Source: Hyphomicrobiales bacterium (GTDB taxonomy: Bacteria; Pseudomonadota; Alphaproteobacteria; Rhizobiales; MH13). From it: a DNA stretch of 64,000 nt. Of the stretch, positions 37,447 through 48,073 are shown in pieces. The notes under the pieces are model-generated. The model was not told the DNA's origin, did no database searches, and saw nothing but the letters and a program-made list of their open reading frames with translations. The stretch is taken from assembly GCA_965601715.1 (NCBI GenBank), contig OZ271835.1:2777303-2841302 (forward strand), read 5' to 3'. Each line of letters opens with the position of its first letter. Position 1 is the first letter of the stretch. Position numbers and translations under genes: made by a program.

Positions 37447-37692
37447 ATGAAGCGGCCAGCAAACCTAATGCCTGAATTCGTCCGTGAAGCGCTGGAGACG
37501 AACGGGCTCGTGCATCGCTATGCACAACGTCCCTGGTACCAGCGCAACGACTATCTGGGTTGGATAAATCGGGCAAAGCGTGACTCAACAAAGACCAAGC
37601 GGCTCAATCAAATGCTTGATGAGCTTCGTTCTGGCGACGTCTATATGAAGATGGCGTGGCGCCCCCGTTCTGGCTCGGCAAAGGCGCCCTAG
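37447..37692 (+). CDS. YdeI/OmpD-associated family protein
   Basis: RPWYQRNDYLGWINRAKRDSTKTKRLNQMLDEL. Confidence 0.82.
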   Translation: MKRPANLMPEFVREALETNGLVHRYAQRPWYQRNDYLGWINRAKRDSTKTKRLNQMLDELRSGDVYMKMAWRPRSGSAKAP

Positions 37693-37709
37693 GACGTCCG
37701 TTTGGCGCT

Positions 37710-39461
37710 TCAAACAGCCAGCTTAGGCGCTCGTGCCAGGTTCTTCACGAAGGCATGGCAGGGCATTGGTGGTCCGAAGTGGTAGCCCTGGAGGCGGTCA
37801 CAACCTAGTTCCTCCAGCAATTCCGCCTGTCTGGAGGTTTCGACGCCCTCGCCGGTAACCTCAATGCCCAGCGCATGAGCCAAGGCGACGGTCAACCGCA
37901 CGATCTCTTGGCTTTCCTCACTATCCAGTATGTTGGTGACAAACTGACCCGCGATCTTGAGTCTCTTGGGTCGAATGAGCTGGAGGCCGGATATCGAAGA
38001 GTGTGCGGTTCCATAGTCATCGATCTTGAGTTCAATACCCATGTCGTGAAGACCATCGATGTTCCATTTCAGCATCTCGGTATCGTGATCGATGAACACC
38101 GTTTCCAGAATCTCGAATGCAATCGCATTGGCCGGCAGATCAAGCCGTCTGAGCTCCGTGAGCAAGCCTGGGTCGCGTAGCCGTTGAGAAGATACGTTCA
38201 CTGCGATCGTGGGCACATACAAACCCTGCTGGATCCAGTCCTCTCGAAGCCGTAGCACATTTGCCAACACAACGCGGTCGATATCGGATGTGATCTTCAG
38301 CTCGTCTGCGACTGGCATAAACTGGCTGGGCGACAACAGTCCCAGCGTAGGATGCCGCCAACGCACGAGCGCTTCGGCGGACACCAGTTCCTGTTCGTTT
38401 GCGGTTACAATCGGTTGTAAGTGAGTCTCCAACTGCGCTGGCATCTCGCTGGATACAAGATCTTGCGCAATCCTGGCCTTTAACTCGGACTGCCTGCGCA
38501 AAGCATCATCGAAAAGAGTGCAGCGATTGCGGCCATCACTTTTGGACTTGTAGAGCGCGATATCGGCCGATTTTAAGAGTCGACTTGGGTTCAACTGGCC
38601 AGGAAGTTCAACGGCGATACCAACGCTTGCACCAACAAGGCAGTGCCAGCTGGCGTAGAGCACTGGTTTGTTGATCTCGCGAACAATGCGATCGGCAAGG
38701 TGCGGCGCGGTGGGATTGTTCTCATCGCAAGCCAGCGCAACAATAAACTCGTCGCCGCCAATTCTTGCCACCAGGTCATCCTGTCGAACGACCCCGCGCA
38801 GTCGGCGCGCGATCTCGACAAGGACATGGTCGCCAGCGTCGTGACCGAGATTGTCGTTGATTTGTTTGAAGCCATCTAGATCGATGTGCAGGACTGCCAG
38901 GGACTGGCCTGTTTCACGACATTGATCAGCCAATACAGTTAGTTTCTGGCCAATGGCGCGGCGGTTGGTCAATCCGGTCAATGCGTCTACGGTCGCCTGG
39001 TGATCAGCCCTCTGACGGGCCTCTTCCAGTTTTTCGTTTTGCTCTTCAAGAGCAAGCTGTGCTTCCCGCAGATCGCTCACATCGAAGCGCATAGCCACCG
39101 TCATTCCCTCGGGTAGCCGGGCGCGCAACATCCGCATGAAGCGGCCAGCATCGTCCTGCCATTCCTCAACCGCCGGACCCGTCTTATGCCGAATCCGTTC
39201 GTCCTCGACGAAAGCATCGGGGCGTCCAATGGCGCGCGCATCGAGCCCTTCACGAACCTTAAGCCATTGCAACTCATCGTGTGATACACCCGGTCGGACA
39301 AACGCTTCGCAAGGGTGATACTGACGCTTGTATGCTTCGTTGCAGATGAGCAGCCTGTCGTTGGCATCATAGACAACAAAGGCGGCTGGCAACGCTTCGA
39401 GCGCCGCACTGATCTTCTCGAACGAGATGACCGGCTCGTTCATTTGCGAAGTCTTGGCCAT
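37710..39461 (-). CDS. PAS-GGDEF-EAL diguanylate cyclase/phosphodiesterase
   Basis: PAS-like N-terminus; RQDD I-site followed by GGDEF; EALVRW, DDYG, EGVET. Confidence 0.92.
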   Translation of the reverse strand: MAKTSQMNEPVISFEKISAALEALPAAFVVYDANDRLLICNEAYKRQYHPCEAFVRPGVSHDELQWLKVREGLDARAIGRPDAFVEDERIRHKTGPAVEEWQDDAGRFMRMLRARLPEGMTVAMRFDVSDLREAQLALEEQNEKLEEARQRADHQATVDALTGLTNRRAIGQKLTVLADQCRETGQSLAVLHIDLDGFKQINDNLGHDAGDHVLVEIARRLRGVVRQDDLVARIGGDEFIVALACDENNPTAPHLADRIVREINKPVLYASWHCLVGASVGIAVELPGQLNPSRLLKSADIALYKSKSDGRNRCTLFDDALRRQSELKARIAQDLVSSEMPAQLETHLQPIVTANEQELVSAEALVRWRHPTLGLLSPSQFMPVADELKITSDIDRVVLANVLRLREDWIQQGLYVPTIAVNVSSQRLRDPGLLTELRRLDLPANAIAFEILETVFIDHDTEMLKWNIDGLHDMGIELKIDDYGTAHSSISGLQLIRPKRLKIAGQFVTNILDSEESQEIVRLTVALAHALGIEVTGEGVETSRQAELLEELGCDRLQGYHFGPPMPCHAFVKNLARAPKLAV

Positions 39462-39506
39462 AATTGTCCCTTGCACCGAATGGTCGGCAAAGATCCAACA
39501 ACCAAA

Positions 39507-39521
39507 TTAAATATTAGTTAT
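39507..39521. promoter_or_regulatory. CtrA-like box TTAA-N7-TTAT upstream of the GGDEF-EAL gene
   Basis: ttaa atattag ttat; one mismatch to TTAA-N7-TTAA. Confidence 0.4.
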
Positions 39522-39633
39522 TGCTTGCCTTTAGGGATCCGGGCCGAAGGAGCGCATAAATGAACCATTGGAGTTTTTTCTTCTCCTACGGCAGAACTTG
39601 ACACCAAGACCCCTCCAAGCCAGCTTTTGGTCC

Positions 39634-40218
39634 ATGCGTATTTCATTGACGATTGTAACCTTCGTCGCGCTGGCAGGTGCTGCTTTGGCCGACAACTGTG
39701 AGCCCGACGCTCGTTCAGCGATGCTGGATGTCGATCACCCGGTGCCCATGCACCAGGATTTCACCACGCAAATGGGCGGTAACGAGATCAGGAGTTCTGC
39801 ACTGTCCACGCCCGGTCGGCGCGGCATGGCGCTGGACGCCAATGAAGCCCCAGCAAGCCTTTGGATTGGGGGCCGCTTTTACACAACAACCGACGCGGGC
39901 GAGACGTGGTCGCTCGTCAGTGAGCAGACGACAGAGCAACTGGCTGAACAGGACGCCAACCGGCAGGAGCAGGCCAATCTGGCCACTGATTTTGTTTGCG
40001 ACTACGGCGTTGATCTGGATGGTAAAACCGTGAACCGGGTGCAGCTTTCCTATGAGATGATCCCGAGCGGCACGCCTGTCACCAGTACCTATTGGGTGGA
40101 CGAGGAAACCGGCTTTCCTTGGCAAATTGTCCATGAGTTTGGCGGGGCTTCGCCCAGCGTGATCACCCAGCACAACACCCCCATGCCCGACCTGACCATC
40201 GCGGACCCCGGCTCTTAG
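39634..40218 (+). CDS. Hypothetical secreted protein
   Basis: Signal peptide MRISLTIVTFVALAGAALA; beta-rich mature part. Confidence 0.75.
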   Translation: MRISLTIVTFVALAGAALADNCEPDARSAMLDVDHPVPMHQDFTTQMGGNEIRSSALSTPGRRGMALDANEAPASLWIGGRFYTTTDAGETWSLVSEQTTEQLAEQDANRQEQANLATDFVCDYGVDLDGKTVNRVQLSYEMIPSGTPVTSTYWVDEETGFPWQIVHEFGGASPSVITQHNTPMPDLTIADPGS

Positions 40219-40252
40219 TCATCAGATTGAGCAAGGCTACCTTTGGCGTGCC

Positions 40253-41221
40253 TTACTGCGCCATATAATCATCCAACAGCGCCCGTGCGATCGCCAGTTT
40301 CGGCGGGATGAAATTGTATCCCTCTTGACGAGGGTTCCCCGCCATGGCCCGCAGCTCATCCTTGGAAAACCAGCGCGCTTCGGCCAGTTCCGCCTCATCA
40401 ATTGTGATATCGCGCGCGAGCGCTTCGCCTTCAAAGCCAATCATCAGCGTCGAAGGGAAGGGCCAGGGCTGCGATGCTTTGTAAACTACGCGGCCAAGCG
40501 GAATGCCCGCCTCTTCAAGCACTTCGCGGCGTACGGCGTCTTCCAGTGTCTCACCGGATTCCACGAAGCCTGCGAGGCAAGAGAACATGCCAGGCGGGAA
40601 GCGCTCTTGCCGACCCAACAGGACGTCGCCCGTCGTGGGGTCGACCACATTCATGATCACCACCGGGTCGGTGCGCGGAAAGTGCATCGTGCCGCAGTCG
40701 CCACAGCGCCGTCGCCAACCGGCTTGTTCATTGTGGGTTTTGCCACCGCATTTGGCGCAGAACAGGTGTCGACGATGCCAGCCTGTGAGCGATGCAGCCT
40801 CGGCGAGAAGCCCCAAATGATGGTCAAGGATTGGGAGCGTCTCGGCAAAGGGGCGCAACGGCTGTTGCGATGGAGGCGTGGTCGCCAAACCGCCGACATC
40901 AGCGGTGCTCTCCGACGACTGCAGAGCATAAGCATAGATTGGGCCTTGCAGGTCTTCGCCGCAATAAACCCGCGTTTCCCGGTCGACGTCGGCAGATAGC
41001 GAGCTGTGATACATCCCACCCGGGCCGTTTGTGCCGTCAACCAAGGCCGCGCCGTCAAAAATCAGGAAACGCGCGCGTGCTTCCTGTGCGTCAAGGAAGG
41101 CGACATCATCGCGCTGATCGCCATGGCGATCGGTACGGCCACCAGAAAAGCCCGTGCGTGCGGATAATTCGCTGCGTGTCAGACTGGCCAAGAGTTTGGC
41201 GACATCGGTCATGTCTGCCAC
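40253..41221 (-). CDS. nudC: NAD(H) diphosphatase
   Basis: FCAKCG...CGDCG zinc finger, FPRTDP, Nudix box GFVESGETLEDAVRREVLEEAG, SQPWPFP. Confidence 0.95.
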   Translation of the reverse strand: MADMTDVAKLLASLTRSELSARTGFSGGRTDRHGDQRDDVAFLDAQEARARFLIFDGAALVDGTNGPGGMYHSSLSADVDRETRVYCGEDLQGPIYAYALQSSESTADVGGLATTPPSQQPLRPFAETLPILDHHLGLLAEAASLTGWHRRHLFCAKCGGKTHNEQAGWRRRCGDCGTMHFPRTDPVVIMNVVDPTTGDVLLGRQERFPPGMFSCLAGFVESGETLEDAVRREVLEEAGIPLGRVVYKASQPWPFPSTLMIGFEGEALARDITIDEAELAEARWFSKDELRAMAGNPRQEGYNFIPPKLAIARALLDDYMAQ

Positions 41222-41619
41222 CCCAGCGTAGAGCGGACACGTAGCGCCCAGTCAGGCAGATCGTCGAACGGCTCAGTTGCCCCAACACCCCAGATGGGGC
41301 CTGGCCAAGCGGCGTCTGTCTCGAAACGTGCGACAATATGGATGTGCAACTGCCTCACGGCGTTGCCGAGCGACGCCACATTGAGCTTGTCGCACTGGGT
41401 CGCCTCGCGCAGCGCCAACGAAGCAGTGCGAACATCGGTCATCACTCGGGCCTCATCAGCGGGGGAAAGGTCCACCAAATCAGCCAGCTCCGGTCGTTTA
41501 GGGATCAGGATCAACCAAGGGAAGCGGGCGTCGCGGCTCACCTGCAACAGGCTGATATCGCTCTGGCTGAGTGCGATAGTGTCGGCGGCGAGCCGATGGT
41601 CGAGAACAAAGGATGTCAT
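41209..41619 (-). CDS. HIT family protein
   Basis: DARFPWLILIP, LGNAVRQLHIHIVARF, WPGPIWG. Confidence 0.9.
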   Translation of the reverse strand: MTSFVLDHRLAADTIALSQSDISLLQVSRDARFPWLILIPKRPELADLVDLSPADEARVMTDVRTASLALREATQCDKLNVASLGNAVRQLHIHIVARFETDAAWPGPIWGVGATEPFDDLPDWALRVRSTLGWQT

Positions 41620-41696
41620 GCACGCTCTCTAACACCCTTTGGGGGAACGTCCAGCGCTGCTCTAGACATTGCGTCCCTCAAGGCTGATATAGGGGC

Positions 41697-41795
41697 GGGA
41701 GGCTGGCGGCGGACGAGCCGCTCGCCAACCGGGTCAGGTCCGGAAGGAAGCAGCCCCAACGAGTTTTCCGGTTCGGGTTGCCGTTCCAGTCTCCC
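41697..41795 (+). ncRNA. ffs: Signal recognition particle (4.5S) RNA
   Basis: Conserved TCAGGTCCGGAAGGAAGCAGC helix; ends GGGAGGCTGG/CCAGTCTCCC pair; upstream of dnaX. Confidence 0.92.
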
Positions 41796-41838
41796 ACCTT
41801 TTCAGGCGCGCGATCACCAGGCAGGCATCCAGGCACGT

Positions 41839-43656
41839 ATGGCCGACACCACTTCCTCGGAACCAACGCAAACCGGCTACCGCGTCCTCGCCCGCAAATA
41901 CCGCCCAGCGACCTTCGACGATCTGATCGGCCAAGAGCCGATGGTGCAAACGTTGCACAACGCCTTTGAGATTGGCCGCATAGCCCAAGCCTACATCCTC
42001 ACCGGAGTGCGCGGGGTCGGCAAAACGACCACGGCCCGCATTCTGGCGCGGGGCCTGAACTACCAAACAGAGGCGGGCGATGGTTCACCGACAGTCGACC
42101 TGCCGGAGATGGGCCTGCACTGCCAAGCCATCATGGAAGGACGTCATGTCGACGTGATCGAGATGGACGCCGCCAGCCACAACGGCGTCGCCGATATTCG
42201 AGAGATCACCGATGCGGCGCGGTATTCGCCTGTGTCAGCGCGTTTCAAAGTGTATCTGCTCGATGAGGTCCACATGTTGTCAACGGCGGCTTTCAACGCC
42301 TTGCTGAAGACGCTGGAAGAACCGCCCGCCCACGTGAAGTTCATCTTCGCGACCACCGAAATCGGCAAAGTTCCGGTCACCATCCTGTCGCGTTGTCAGC
42401 GCTTTGATCTGCGCCGCGTCGAGGTACCTTTGATGATGAAGCACCTCGCCAAGGTCGCAGAAGCCGAAGGCGCGAGCGTCGAGGAAGACGCGTTGCGCCT
42501 GATCGCCAGAGCCTCAGAAGGCTCGGTACGCGATGGTTTGTCCTTGTTGGATCAGGCGATCGCCCATACCGGCGCGAGCGCTGATACGCCCATCACCGCC
42601 GAAGCACTGCACGAGCTGCTCAACTTGGCCGACCAAGCGGCGACACTTGACCTGTTCGAAGTGGTTATGAAGGGCGAAGCTGACCAAGCCCTAGCCATGC
42701 TCGCGGAAACCTATCAACGCGGTACAGACCCGGCAGGCCTCATCGCGGATCTGGCGGAAACGGTCCACGCGGCGACCCGTGCCAAGGTCATGCCCGACAA
42801 CCCGTCGGATGCTCTGACGCAAGAGAACCAAGCCCGCCTTGCCGAGATGGCGGCGCAGCTTTCGGTGAAGGTGCTGTCGCGTGCTTGGCAGATGCTCCTG
42901 ACCGGGCTGGACGAGCTTGCCCGTGCGCCCAAGCCGTTGATCGCCGCTGAGATGATCCTGGTGCGGCTGTGCTACGTGGCCGACTTGCCCACGCCGGACG
43001 AGGCCATCAAAGCCTTGGGCGACGCCCCGACATCGGCGCCCTCACCGACACCGACACAATCATCAGCGCCTACCGCACCTCCACCGCCTAATGGCGGTTC
43101 GCGGGCGTCTTTGGCCTTGGCACCGCAACCAAGTGAGGCACCCGCCCCATCGCAAGCGCCGAAGGCAGAGAGCAAACCGGCCCCGGTGATGATCCGCGAC
43201 CTGGGTGCCTTGATTGCCCTAGCCGAGAAAAACAACAACCGCGCACTGCCGCCTCTGATCCGCGCCTACATTCGCCCACACTCGTTTGGCGAAAACCAAA
43301 TGGAAATTGGCCTGGCCCAAGGCGCGCCACAGAGCTTTATTGGCGATCTTTCTGCCGCTTTGACCGAGTGGACTGGTAGCCGCTGGATGATCTCCCTCAA
43401 CAGCCAAGCGGATGCGCAGACCATCAACGAGCTTGAAGCCGAGCGCGAGGTGGCTCGCCGCGAGGATGCCAGCCAACACCCCACTGTGCGGGCCATCATG
43501 GACGCCTTCCCGGGCGCGACCATCACGGGTGTGCGCCCGCTGGGCCAAGGTGCAGAGGATGAGCCGGCACCGCTTGAAGGCACCGACGACGAACCCGATA
43601 TCGACCCAGACACACCGACACACAATGATGAGGATGAGCCGCCATGGACATCATGA
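41839..43656 (+). CDS. dnaX: DNA polymerase III subunit gamma/tau
   Basis: [47 protein letters not shown]; start at 41839. Confidence 0.96.
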   Translation: MADTTSSEPTQTGYRVLARKYRPATFDDLIGQEPMVQTLHNAFEIGRIAQAYILTGVRGVGKTTTARILARGLNYQTEAGDGSPTVDLPEMGLHCQAIMEGRHVDVIEMDAASHNGVADIREITDAARYSPVSARFKVYLLDEVHMLSTAAFNALLKTLEEPPAHVKFIFATTEIGKVPVTILSRCQRFDLRRVEVPLMMKHLAKVAEAEGASVEEDALRLIARASEGSVRDGLSLLDQAIAHTGASADTPITAEALHELLNLADQAATLDLFEVVMKGEADQALAMLAETYQRGTDPAGLIADLAETVHAATRAKVMPDNPSDALTQENQARLAEMAAQLSVKVLSRAWQMLLTGLDELARAPKPLIAAEMILVRLCYVADLPTPDEAIKALGDAPTSAPSPTPTQSSAPTAPPPPNGGSRASLALAPQPSEAPAPSQAPKAESKPAPVMIRDLGALIALAEKNNNRALPPLIRAYIRPHSFGENQMEIGLAQGAPQSFIGDLSAALTEWTGSRWMISLNSQADAQTINELEAEREVARREDASQHPTVRAIMDAFPGATITGVRPLGQGAEDEPAPLEGTDDEPDIDPDTPTHNDEDEPPWTS

Positions 43657-43967
43657 AGATGATGAAACAGGCCAAAGAGATGCAGGACAAAATGCAGTCC
43701 ATGCAATCTGAGTTGGCCGAGGAAACGGTTGAAGGCACCGCTGGCGGCGGCATGGTGACCGTCACGCTCAACGGTAAGGGCGAAATGTCGGGCTTGAAGC
43801 TCGATGCCTCGCTGATGAACCCCGACGAAGCCGAGATCGTCGAAGATCTCATCATCGCCGCGCACAATGATGCCAAGGGCAAAATCGAAGCTCTGATGGC
43901 CGAGAGGACGCAGGACATGATGTCCGGCCTCGGCCTGCCGCCTGGCATGAAACTGCCCGGCATGTGA
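43644..43967 (+). CDS. ybaB: YbaB/EbfC nucleoid-associated protein
   Basis: MMKQAKEMQ...[13 protein letters not shown]...[11 protein letters not shown]; dnaX-ybaB-recR gene order. Confidence 0.93.
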   Translation: MDIMKMMKQAKEMQDKMQSMQSELAEETVEGTAGGGMVTVTLNGKGEMSGLKLDASLMNPDEAEIVEDLIIAAHNDAKGKIEALMAERTQDMMSGLGLPPGMKLPGM

Positions 43968-44078
43968 GCTCTCGGTGAGCGATCATATTGTTGGCCCTGA
44001 GATTGCGCAGCGCTGTCGGCAAAAGTTGCAAACTTTTGCGCCCGCGGCAGCGGGTCAAACAGATGCGTTCATAGAGCC

Positions 44079-44684
44079 ATGAGCGACCATACCGTCGGCC
44101 CGGAAATCGAACGCCTGATCCAGCTTCTGGCCAAGCTGCCAGGGCTTGGGCCGCGTTCGGCTCGCCGGGCGGCATTGCATCTTGTCAAACGCAAGGACCA
44201 GTTGCTTGGCCCATTGGCGGACGCCACGGCCGTTGCCCGCGACCAGGTGATGGAATGCGCCCGCTGCGGCAACATCGATACGGTGACGCCGTGCACGGTG
44301 TGTTCCGATCCGCGCCGTGACGATACGGTGTTGGTGGTCGTCGAGGATGTCTCGGACCTATGGGCGCTGGAGCGCGCCAAGGCGGTGCGCGGTCGCTACC
44401 ATGTGCTGGGTGGGGTTTTGTCACCGCTCGATGGGGTCGGGCCAGATGACCTCTCCATCGAGCCGCTTGTTGCCCGCGCCAACGAACCTGGCGTGCGCGA
44501 GGTGATCCTCGCCATCAACGCGACCGTCGAGGGCCAAAGCACCGCCTATTACATCACCGACAGGCTGGTCGATTGCGATGTCAACGTCACCCGTCTCGCC
44601 CACGGCGTGCCGGTGGGCGGAGAGTTGGACTACCTCGATGAGGGAACGCTCGCCGCCGCTATGAAGGCCAGGACGCGGGTTTAG
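44079..44684 (+). CDS. recR: Recombination mediator RecR
   Basis: [12 protein letters not shown]4 zinc finger, [23 protein letters not shown]. Confidence 0.96.
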   Translation: MSDHTVGPEIERLIQLLAKLPGLGPRSARRAALHLVKRKDQLLGPLADATAVARDQVMECARCGNIDTVTPCTVCSDPRRDDTVLVVVEDVSDLWALERAKAVRGRYHVLGGVLSPLDGVGPDDLSIEPLVARANEPGVREVILAINATVEGQSTAYYITDRLVDCDVNVTRLAHGVPVGGELDYLDEGTLAAAMKARTRV

Positions 44685-44687
44685 GGG

Positions 44688-45926
44688 TTACTCCCCCGCC
44701 AATGGCAGGCGTTGCTCTGCCTCTGGCAGGTCTTTTTCCTCCACAGCCTCACCCGGCCCAACATCCAGATTGCCGATCCGGTCGCCACGGCGGACAATTT
44801 TGCCCGTGGAAGTCTGGATTTGCTCGATATCGCGCTGTGCCTGACCGAAATGGTTGGCCAGCTTGGCGACCCGGTCGTCGAGGCGGCCGATATCCTCCAC
44901 CAATCGCACCACCTCGTCCTGGATGAGATGCGCCTGCTCACGTAGCCGCGCATCGCGCAGCACCGCCTGCACCACCTGAATGGAGAGCGTCAGCAGCGAG
45001 GGAGAGACGATCACCACCCGCTGGCGGGCGGCGCGCTGCACGACATCCTCAAAGCGCTCATGCAGGTCGGCGAAGATGCTCTCCGAGGGCACAAACATGA
45101 AGGCCGTTTCGTGCGTTTCGCCGGGGATGAAATATTTCGAGGCGATGTCCTGCACATGCTTACCGACATCTTGGCGGAACTGCTGCGCCGCCTGGTTGGC
45201 AATCCGCTCCTCCGGCGCATCGCGAAAAGCGTTCCACGCTTCCAGCGGGAACTTGGCATCGATCACCAAGCTTGGCGCTTCGTTCGGCAGGTAGATCACG
45301 CAATCTGGCCGCTTGCCGTTGGAGAGCGTGTGCTGGAACGAGTAAGCCCCACGCGGCAGGGCATCTTGTACGATGGCTTCCATACGCCCTTGGCCGAAAG
45401 CACCACGCGTCTGCTTGTTGGCCAGGATTGATTGCAGTTCGACCACGCCTTGGCTGAGCTCGGTGATATTTTTCTGCGCCGTATCAATGGCCGCGAGGCG
45501 TTCATGCAGCGTGCGCAGCGTTTCGTGCGTTTGGTTCTGCTGCTGGCTCATCGACTGGCCCAAGCGGTGGCCAAGCCCATCCATGCGCTCGGACATGACG
45601 CGCGCCAGCTCGGCTTGGCGGTTGCCCAGCATTTCCGTCATGGATTGCACACGTCCGGTGAGTTCCGCCTGCGCGCCCGCCATGCTGGAGATCTGCGCGG
45701 TCAGCTCTGCTTTCTCGGCTTCCGCCTTCGATGTAATCTCCGCCGTCTTGCGCTTCATCCGCGCTGCAGACGACCACCCCCAGGCGACCAGGACAGCAAT
45801 GAGCGCGCCAAACATCCAGGCCATCATCACCAAGGTGACGGGTGTGCCTTGTAAGCTGAATAGAACGGTGTCGAAGGTGAGGTCCAAAGCGAGAATCTTC
45901 GTTCGAATCGGGTCCGTTACGACCAT
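44688..45926 (-). CDS. rmuC: DNA recombination protein RmuC
   Basis: KQTRGAFGQ, RPDC, IDAKFPL, FVPSES, SPSLL; N-terminal TM + coiled coil. Confidence 0.92.
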   Translation of the reverse strand: MVVTDPIRTKILALDLTFDTVLFSLQGTPVTLVMMAWMFGALIAVLVAWGWSSAARMKRKTAEITSKAEAEKAELTAQISSMAGAQAELTGRVQSMTEMLGNRQAELARVMSERMDGLGHRLGQSMSQQQNQTHETLRTLHERLAAIDTAQKNITELSQGVVELQSILANKQTRGAFGQGRMEAIVQDALPRGAYSFQHTLSNGKRPDCVIYLPNEAPSLVIDAKFPLEAWNAFRDAPEERIANQAAQQFRQDVGKHVQDIASKYFIPGETHETAFMFVPSESIFADLHERFEDVVQRAARQRVVIVSPSLLTLSIQVVQAVLRDARLREQAHLIQDEVVRLVEDIGRLDDRVAKLANHFGQAQRDIEQIQTSTGKIVRRGDRIGNLDVGPGEAVEEKDLPEAEQRLPLAGE

Positions 45927-46022
45927 AGATCAAAGCGCGAACAAACGCCATGTGGCTCTGCTTTTGGCTGTGTGTTGCACCGCGTTCTTGACCGGCTTCC
46001 TTTGGGTGCTTAAGTGCGGTCC

Positions 46023-46553
46023 ATGGCTATTCGTGACATTTTGGTTCTCCCCGATAAGCGCTTGCGTGATGTCTCCGAACCAGTGAGTGACATCACGGAC
46101 GAGGTGCGCAAGCTCGTCGAGGATATGTATGAGACGATGTACGACGCGCCGGGCATCGGTCTGGCGGCGATCCAGGTAGGTGTTCCGCTGCGTGTGGTGG
46201 TGACTGATTGCTCGCCGCGCGACGACGAAGCCGAACCGCTTACGCTCATCAACCCTGAACTGGTCGAGCTTTCTGGCGAAGAGATTCCCTATGAAGAGGG
46301 CTGCCTTTCGATCCCTGAATATTATGAAGAGGTCTCTCGCCCTGCAAACGCGAAGGTTCGCTTCATGGACCTTAACGGTGAGAGGCATGAGATAGACGCC
46401 ACCGGCCTTCTTTCCACCTGCATCCAGCACGAGGTGGACCACCTCGATGGCAAACTGTTCATCGACTATCTGTCGTCGTTTAAGCGCTCGCGGGTGATGA
46501 CGAAGTTCAAAAAGCAGGCCAAACAGCGTGAGAAAGCTGCCGCCGAGGGTTAG
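46023..46553 (+). CDS. def: Peptide deformylase
   Basis: GIGLAAIQ, EGCLS, QHEVDH. Confidence 0.96.
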   Translation: MAIRDILVLPDKRLRDVSEPVSDITDEVRKLVEDMYETMYDAPGIGLAAIQVGVPLRVVVTDCSPRDDEAEPLTLINPELVELSGEEIPYEEGCLSIPEYYEEVSRPANAKVRFMDLNGERHEIDATGLLSTCIQHEVDHLDGKLFIDYLSSFKRSRVMTKFKKQAKQREKAAAEG

Positions 46554-46574
46554 CCAGACACTCAGTTTGAGAAA

Positions 46575-46940
46575 TTAGCCAGCCTTAGCGCGAGGTGCTT
46601 CGATGGCTGAACTGCCCGGCTCAATTGCCGTAGGGGCATCAACCGGCTCATAGGGTCGAATGCGCGCTTCTATACGATCCCAATCACCTTCGCGCAGCTT
46701 GGTAATCTCGTAGGCTGCCTGCAGCTTCATCCACAATTCGGGCTTGGTATCGAAATAGGTCGCAAGGCGCATCGCCGTGTCGGCAGTGATGGCCCGTTCC
46801 CCCGCCACGATGGCAGCGATGCGGCTCACCGGCACATCAATATCGCGCGCCAAGCGGTTTTGGCTGATGCTCAACGGCTTGAGAAATTCTTCCAGCAGTA
46901 GGACGCCGGGATGGATGCTTGGGGGGATCGAGCTGCTCAT
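46575..46940 (-). CDS. higA: HigA-family antitoxin (no toxin gene adjacent)
   Basis: IHPGVLLLEEFL...SQNRLARDIDVP...ITADTAMRLATYF...WMKLQAAY. Confidence 0.88.
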   Translation of the reverse strand: MSSSIPPSIHPGVLLLEEFLKPLSISQNRLARDIDVPVSRIAAIVAGERAITADTAMRLATYFDTKPELWMKLQAAYEITKLREGDWDRIEARIRPYEPVDAPTAIEPGSSAIEAPRAKAG

Positions 46941-47041
46941 GCGTTTACTGTATTCTTTTTCCCGGGACAGGGCAAAGGGAACAGAAAGAGTATATGTCTG
47001 TTAACCTTAACGCGAATGGCAAAAATCAAGGGTGATCGACA

Positions 47042-48064
47042 TTGGCGCATGGTGATTTTGTCTGGTGCGATCTCTCCACCTTCGATGAGGCGCGCGCGCA
47101 ACAATTCTATTCCACAATCTTTGGTTGGCGGTACACGCGCGATACACAACCCACCGGCGCGGCCTATGCGATCGCAAATACCGGTAACCGCGAGACGGCG
47201 GGCATCTTCACCATGCCGCAGAAGTTCCAGGATATGGGGCTTCCCAGTTTCTGGATGTCGTACATCCAAGTCGAGGATATCAAGGCCTGTGCCGCCGCGG
47301 CGGAACGGCTTGGTGGTAAGGTAGAGGTCCGACCAACCCCATTTTCAGACGACGCGACCATCGCCCTCATCCGCGATCCACTTGGTGCCGGGTTCACTGT
47401 GCTGCAAGGCGGACTCCCAGCACGACCGGAACGGCCCGCGCCCGGTCAGATGGCGTGGAACGGACTCTATGTTTCGAACGCGGGAGCTGTTGGCGACTTT
47501 TACACGGCTCTGTTCGATTGGCGTGTTTCGCCGACCTCCATTGAGAAGCACTGGGAAATCACATCGCGGGCAAACAAACGTGTCGCAACGCTCGATGAAG
47601 TCAGCGACGCGCTGCGTGGTGGTTTTGAGTTTTGGGGCGTCCACTTTGCAGTGGCGGACATCGCCCAAACATCACAGGCGATCAAACGCGCAGGTGGTGA
47701 GGTGATCTACACAGACGAGGACGGAAAAACGGTTCTCGCGCGTGACCTAGATGGCGCCGTTTTCTTCGTGCGGGCAGCATCGGCAACCAAATCCGCGCCG
47801 GAGGTTTGGCAGTCCAAACGCAGCGTATGGCCTTGGAAGACAGTGATCGCCTTGGTAGCGGTTTGGGTCGCCGTCGCACTCGAACAGAACTGGGTTTGGG
47901 GCGTGATCTTCTTGCTGTGGACCTGGCCAGCTATGCGCTTCGGCCAGGCGTACTTTGTCGAGCAGGTCGATAGGCGCAAACACCCCATCATCTTTTGGCT
48001 CTTGGTCGGCACCTGGATCACGCTGAGCGTGTTTCTGATCGCCTTTGATTTGCTGGCGCTTTGA
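47042..48064 (+). CDS. Double VOC/glyoxalase protein with C-terminal membrane domain
   Basis: FVWCDL, WMSYIQV, RDPLGA; second VOC domain; about 80-aa hydrophobic tail; TTG start. Confidence 0.82.
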   Translation: MAHGDFVWCDLSTFDEARAQQFYSTIFGWRYTRDTQPTGAAYAIANTGNRETAGIFTMPQKFQDMGLPSFWMSYIQVEDIKACAAAAERLGGKVEVRPTPFSDDATIALIRDPLGAGFTVLQGGLPARPERPAPGQMAWNGLYVSNAGAVGDFYTALFDWRVSPTSIEKHWEITSRANKRVATLDEVSDALRGGFEFWGVHFAVADIAQTSQAIKRAGGEVIYTDEDGKTVLARDLDGAVFFVRAASATKSAPEVWQSKRSVWPWKTVIALVAVWVAVALEQNWVWGVIFLLWTWPAMRFGQAYFVEQVDRRKHPIIFWLLVGTWITLSVFLIAFDLLAL

Positions 48065-48073
48065 AGGCCCGGG

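Noticed and set aside
43225-43235. GAGAAAAAC in dnaX as a -1 frameshift site generating gamma
   Set aside because: Not an X XXY YYZ heptamer like the E. coli A AAA AAG site; no evident stimulatory elements.
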